Origin: Alphaproteobacteria bacterium
Lineage (GTDB): Bacteria; Pseudomonadota; Alphaproteobacteria; Rs-D84; SZUA-605
Assembly: GCA_031549385.1 (NCBI GenBank)
Contig: JAVBPW010000001.1
Span: 320,001 to 384,000, forward strand
Reading direction: 5' to 3'
Length of the DNA: 64,000 bases
The notes beneath the pieces are model-generated. The model had not been told where the DNA came from and made no database searches. It saw only the letters and a list, made by a program, of their open reading frames with translations. Position numbers and translations under genes: made by a program. Below, one piece after another: positions 60,664 through 64,000 of the stretch (positions are counted from its first letter, which is position 1; every line of letters begins with the position of its first letter).

Positions 60664-60708
60664 AAAGGCTGGAATTTCCAGCCTATTTTTTATTTAAATC
60701 AGCTATTA

Positions 60709-60981
60709 TTAGTTTACAGCGTCTTTTAAAGCTTTACCAGCTTTGAATTTTGGTTGTACTGATGCAGCAATTTTAATTGTAGCACCTGTTTGTGGGTTAC
60801 GTCCTGTTGTAGCTTTTCTTTTTACTGTTGTAAATGTTCCAAATCCTACTAAACGTACTTCTTCTTTCTTTTTCAAAGCTTTTGTTACAACTTCGATAAA
60901 TGCATCTAATGCTCTTGCTGCATCAGCTTGTGACATATCGATTTTTTCTGCAATAGCTTGTACTAATTCTTTTTTATTCAT
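60709..60981 (-). CDS. hup: DNA-binding protein HU
   Basis: [29 protein letters not shown]. Confidence 0.97.
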   Translation of the reverse strand: MNKKELVQAIAEKIDMSQADAARALDAFIEVVTKALKKKEEVRLVGFGTFTTVKRKATTGRNPQTGATIKIAASVQPKFKAGKALKDAVN

Positions 60982-61074
60982 ATTCCCTTCTCCTTTAATT
61001 AAAGTTATTTTTGCTGTTTTTTAACCAGCATACACGAAATATACCGGATTCTTGGGGTAAAGTCAATAAAATTG

Positions 61075-61521
61075 TTATTTAATATTTTTTAAATAAACTC
61101 GAGGCACTTGGTGGGCGTCAGGTGTAGATGGAGAGCATCTTACTAAACGAGTGTTTGGGTCACGTGTGTCTTTATAATATTTGCCATCAGTTCCGTTTCC
61201 ACCAGCCATTACGTTTAAAAGTAGACCTGCTGCTATTAGGGGTCCAAATCTCCATGCATTCTTGTTTAATACTTCCCAGTTAAGTTCTTTGTTCATAAAC
61301 ATTTGTATCATATCCCATATAAAAAATATGAGCAAAAATAAAAAAAGAAATATAGCATATCTGTTGTATAGGTATGCTCCTATTGAAAATAGAGTTTGAA
61401 TATCATTTATTATATTTGTTCCAATTGCTGAATTGTTTACTGCACAATAATAGTTACTTGTTGTTTGTGCAAATGATAATCCCGGAAATAATAAACTTAT
61501 AAAAAATAATAATTTCTTCAT
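61075..61521 (-). CDS. Pilin-like (VirB2/TrbC-type) membrane protein
   Basis: Signal peptide ending in SFA, two hydrophobic helices separated by a KELNW loop, C-terminal extension. Confidence 0.4.
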   Translation of the reverse strand: MKKLLFFISLLFPGLSFAQTTSNYYCAVNNSAIGTNIINDIQTLFSIGAYLYNRYAIFLFLFLLIFFIWDMIQMFMNKELNWEVLNKNAWRFGPLIAAGLLLNVMAGGNGTDGKYYKDTRDPNTRLVRCSPSTPDAHQVPRVYLKNIK

Positions 61522-61543
61522 GTGATTGATTGTAACATTATTC

Positions 61544-62281
61544 TTAATCATAGTCAACTTTTACAAAATATAAACCTTGCGCTGGGGCTGTTATTCCTGC
61601 TTTAGTTCTGTCTTTTGATTCTAATACTTCTTTTACCCATGAAGGTTCTTGTTTTGATAAACCTACATCAACTAATGTTCCTACTATGTTTCTTACCATG
61701 TGGTGCAGAAATGATTTTGCAGAAATGTCTATGTAAATGTATTCTCCATTTTTTGTGATGTTTATATAATCTATTGTTTTTACTGGTGATAGGGCAGTAC
61801 ATTGTGATGAGCGAAATGATGAGAAATCATGATTTCCTAATAAGTAATTTGCTGCTTTTTGCATTTGGTCTATATTTAAATCTTGAGAAATACGCCAAAC
61901 TCTGTTTTTATCTAATGCTTCTTTTGGAGTGCGATTAAGAATTATATATTGATAATATCTTTTCTTTGAAGAAAAACGAGCGTGAAAGTCTTCTGATACT
62001 TCTTCACAGTTTATTACTGAAATATCGTCTTTTACTAAATGAGCATTGATTGCCATCATTAATTTATATGGTTCAAATTGTTTTTCTATATCAAAGTGAG
62101 CTACTTGGCCTTTTGCATGAACACCTGTGTCTGTTCTGCCGCTGCCAAAAACTTGTGTTTCTTGACCTGTTATGTTGAAAATAGCAGTTTCTATGGTGCC
62201 TGCTATGGTTCTTAGGCCGTCTTGCTTTTGCCAACCATAGTAGTTTGTACCATCGTATTCTATTGTTATCTTGTATCTCAT
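61544..62281 (-). CDS. truA: tRNA pseudouridine(38-40) synthase
   Basis: EYDGTNYYGWQ, GRTDTGVHA, FHARFS, FLHHMVRNIVG. Confidence 0.96.
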   Translation of the reverse strand: MRYKITIEYDGTNYYGWQKQDGLRTIAGTIETAIFNITGQETQVFGSGRTDTGVHAKGQVAHFDIEKQFEPYKLMMAINAHLVKDDISVINCEEVSEDFHARFSSKKRYYQYIILNRTPKEALDKNRVWRISQDLNIDQMQKAANYLLGNHDFSSFRSSQCTALSPVKTIDYINITKNGEYIYIDISAKSFLHHMVRNIVGTLVDVGLSKQEPSWVKEVLESKDRTKAGITAPAQGLYFVKVDYD

Positions 62282-62376
62282 GAAGGTCATAATGACAAAA
62301 AAGTCCTTAAAAAGCAAGAAAATAAGAAAAATTTGGTTGTTGTTGACTCGGTGGTGATTTTGTGATATAATGTGAT

Positions 62377-62417
62377 TCGTTAAAAAGATGTATTTGGGCC
62401 ATTAAGGCTCATTTTTT
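62377..62417 (+). ncRNA. Putative ~40-nt RNA, array unit A
   Basis: TTGACT(62343)-17-TATAAT; terminator TGGGCC-attaa-GGCTCA plus T6. Confidence 0.5.
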
Positions 62418-62452
62418 ATTGACTTAGTTAAAGTTTTGAAGTATAATGATTT

Positions 62453-62523
62453 TTAGCATAGCAAAAGCAGTAAGTTCATATATATATATAAATAGGTTTG
62501 ACCTCCGTACGCGGGGGTTTTTT
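62453..62523 (+). ncRNA. Putative ~70-nt RNA, array unit B
   Basis: TTGACT(62419)-17-TATAAT; terminator ACCTCCG-TACG-CGGGGGT plus T tract. Confidence 0.55.
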
Positions 62524-62604
62524 ATTGCCTATTGACAAGTGTTTGTTATTGTGATATATTCTAAGGACAGTTAAATAAATAATAAACCAAAAAACAAACC
62601 GCGT

Positions 62605-62727
62605 ATGTTTATACGAGCGCCCCTGTGGGCAGAATTCCAAAACCAAAAATGTAGCAGTCGCGCCAATATGCAAGCTACAAACAAGACGAACAGAAGTATT
62701 TCGACGTCACCGGTGAATTCGATTTAA
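62605..62727 (+). CDS. 40-aa small ORF, array unit C
   Basis: TTGACA(62532)-17-TATATT; A-rich leader; MFIRAPLWAEFQNQKCSSRANMQATNKTNRSISTSPVNSI; terminator CCCAGCC..GGCTGGG plus T tract. Confidence 0.4.
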   Translation: MFIRAPLWAEFQNQKCSSRANMQATNKTNRSISTSPVNSI

Positions 62728-62813
62728 TCTACCCAGCCATGAGATAGGCTGGGATTTTTTTATTAAAATTTTAAGGGTATTGACTCGTTACCTGATTCGT
62801 GATAGAATCTTAT

Positions 62814-62990
62814 TTACATTTAATTAGTAAACTAAACCTAAAAATAAACGTATGAAATAAAAAGCGGCTGGGCCGCAGAGAAAAAATTAAAAAATAAATA
62901 ATAAAAAACTTAAAACAAGTGCGGATTAGCACCAATTGAGCTTAAGCTCCAATAAAAACATAGAGGCGCCATTAGTGCGCCTTTCTTTTT
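62814..62990 (+). ncRNA. Multi-hairpin RNA with a Met-Lys-stop minigene, array unit D
   Basis: TTGACT(62780)-17-TAGAAT; three short hairpins in A-rich linkers; terminator AGGCGC..GCGCCT followed by TTCTTTT. Confidence 0.5.
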
Positions 62991-63074
62991 GGCTAAATTT
63001 TGACTTTTACATAAGTAACTTGACAAAAGTAAATAATCCCTTATATTGTTGGTATAAACTTAAAAAATATACAT

Positions 63075-63251
63075 ATGGACAAAAAAATTTATGGGGCAAC
63101 AATAGACCCCGATGGTGCAAAATGTTGCACCGAAACTGAAAGACCTCGTAATGAAGGTGTAGTAGCAAAGACATTGGAAGATGTTTTGCACTTTGAAGGA
63201 AAGGTTCCTGACCACTATCTGTGGTTAAGTATTTACAGGGTAAAGCAGTAG
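63075..63251 (+). CDS. 58-aa small ORF, array unit E
   Basis: TTGACA(63020)-16-TATATT; TAAACTTAAAAAA leader; MDKKIYGATIDPDGAKCCTETERPRNEGVVAKTLEDVLHFEGKVPDHYLWLSIYRVKQ; terminator 63276-63307. Confidence 0.55.
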   Translation: MDKKIYGATIDPDGAKCCTETERPRNEGVVAKTLEDVLHFEGKVPDHYLWLSIYRVKQ

Positions 63252-63344
63252 TGGAGTGTGAGTTTTAACTCTGTTTAAGGTGTCTTTTTTAGGCACCTTA
63301 TTTTTTTGCCTTGAATGGTTTTGGTATTTATGATATAGTGTTGT

Positions 63345-63523
63345 AACTTTTTACGATTAAACTAGCCCTTTGGGCTGCTTAAAGATCCTTATGGGATCGA
63401 TTACTTGCCAGCAATGGTAAGACTACGAATTTTATTTAAAATTAAATTTAATTAATCAATGAGAAAACAATTTTAATTGTTTTATTTATTGGCAAAGAAA
63501 GAGGCTCTTTTGGAGCCTCTTTT
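63345..63523 (+). ncRNA. Multi-hairpin RNA, array unit F
   Basis: TTGAAT(63311)-17-TATAGT; three GC hairpins; ends at a terminator shared with dnaN. Confidence 0.45.
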
Positions 63524-63527
63524 GATT

Positions 63528-64000
63528 TTATCTTCTTAATGGCATTAACACATATAAGAAATTGTTATTCTTTGGCTCTTGAATGATACATGGAGCAAGT
63601 CCAGTTGAGAATAAGAATTCAACTTCATCTGTTTTTATTTGTGATGCTGCTTCAAGAAGGAATTTTACTTTGAATGTTGATTCTAATGCTACATCACTGT
63701 TAAATTCTACTTCAATTTCTTCTGTACCACTTCCAAGTTCACTTGCACTTGCAGATAGTGTTAGTTTGTTTGTTTTTACAGACATCTTAATATCTTTGAA
63801 TTTATCGTTTGATACTGATGAGATTCTGTCTACACCTGCTGTGAATAACTTGCAGTTTACTTTTAATACGTTCTTGTTTCCTTTTGGAATTACAACACCA
63901 TAGTCTGGAAATTTTCCGTCAATTAACTTTGATGTCATTACTAAATTCTTAAATGAAAATCTTGTTTTTGTTTCTGATACTTCAATTGTTATATCTTCTT
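63528..64000 (-). CDS. dnaN: DNA polymerase III beta clamp (C-terminal part; start outside the window)
   Basis: SKLIDGKFPDY..VIP and terminal YVLMPLR. Confidence 0.95.
   Translation of the reverse strand, partial: EDITIEVSETKTRFSFKNLVMTSKLIDGKFPDYGVVIPKGNKNVLKVNCKLFTAGVDRISSVSNDKFKDIKMSVKTNKLTLSASASELGSGTEEIEVEFNSDVALESTFKVKFLLEAASQIKTDEVEFLFSTGLAPCIIQEPKNNNFLYVLMPLRR

Noticed and set aside
62478-62490. (AT)n microsatellite as a phase-variation switch
   Set aside because: Short, lies outside promoter spacers and ORFs, and is expected in AT-rich DNA
62936-63139. 67-aa ORF (TTG start) and antisense ORF 62476-62673
   Set aside because: Both cross terminators and promoters of the array units and have no plausible initiation signals
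63420-63490. AT-rich tract near dnaN as a replication origin
   Set aside because: No TTATCCACA DnaA-box cluster seen, and it lies downstream of dnaN
62343-63523. CRISPR array or integron cassette array
   Set aside because: No identical direct repeats with regular spacers, no attC-type GTTRRRY/RYYYAAC boundaries recognised, and no cas or intI genes in the window

Overview
AT-rich chromosome segment of an alphaproteobacterium (inferred from the RpoB, SecA, AspS and DnaE sequences and from gene order), probably a reduced, host-associated uncultured lineage. The backbone is housekeeping: rlmE, aspS, dnaE, secA, eno, suhB, tig, a TolC/MacAB exporter, gltX, tuf-tRNA-Trp-secE-nusG-rplKAJL-rpoBC, lepB, ctpA/envC, cca, dapA, rnpB, udg, bamE, an lpxL-like gene, hup, truA and dnaN, plus five tRNAs. 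No rRNA, CRISPR, transposase or integrase was seen. The most unusual signals are as follows. (1) Tandem arrays of miniature transcription units (near-consensus sigma70 promoter, then a 40-200 nt RNA or tiny ORF, then an intrinsic terminator, packed head to tail) at 27.6-27.9, 32.7-33.9, 59.5-60.7 and 62.3-63.5 kb. Their coding members lack a Shine-Dalgarno and share an AAACYTAAA-type leader, while some non-coding members carry the reverse complement of that leader. (2) An apparent translational T-box riboswitch with an ultrashort stem I (AAC/Asn specifier) upstream of a non-discriminating-type AspRS, unexpected in Alphaproteobacteria. (3) A degenerate transhydrogenase-like membrane module, a virB7-virB8-virB8-like cluster with a distant VirB2-like pilin, RPE-like palindromic repeats, a compact RNase P RNA, and an RpoB change equivalent to H526N. 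All family assignments come from motif recognition by eye; no database searches were run.
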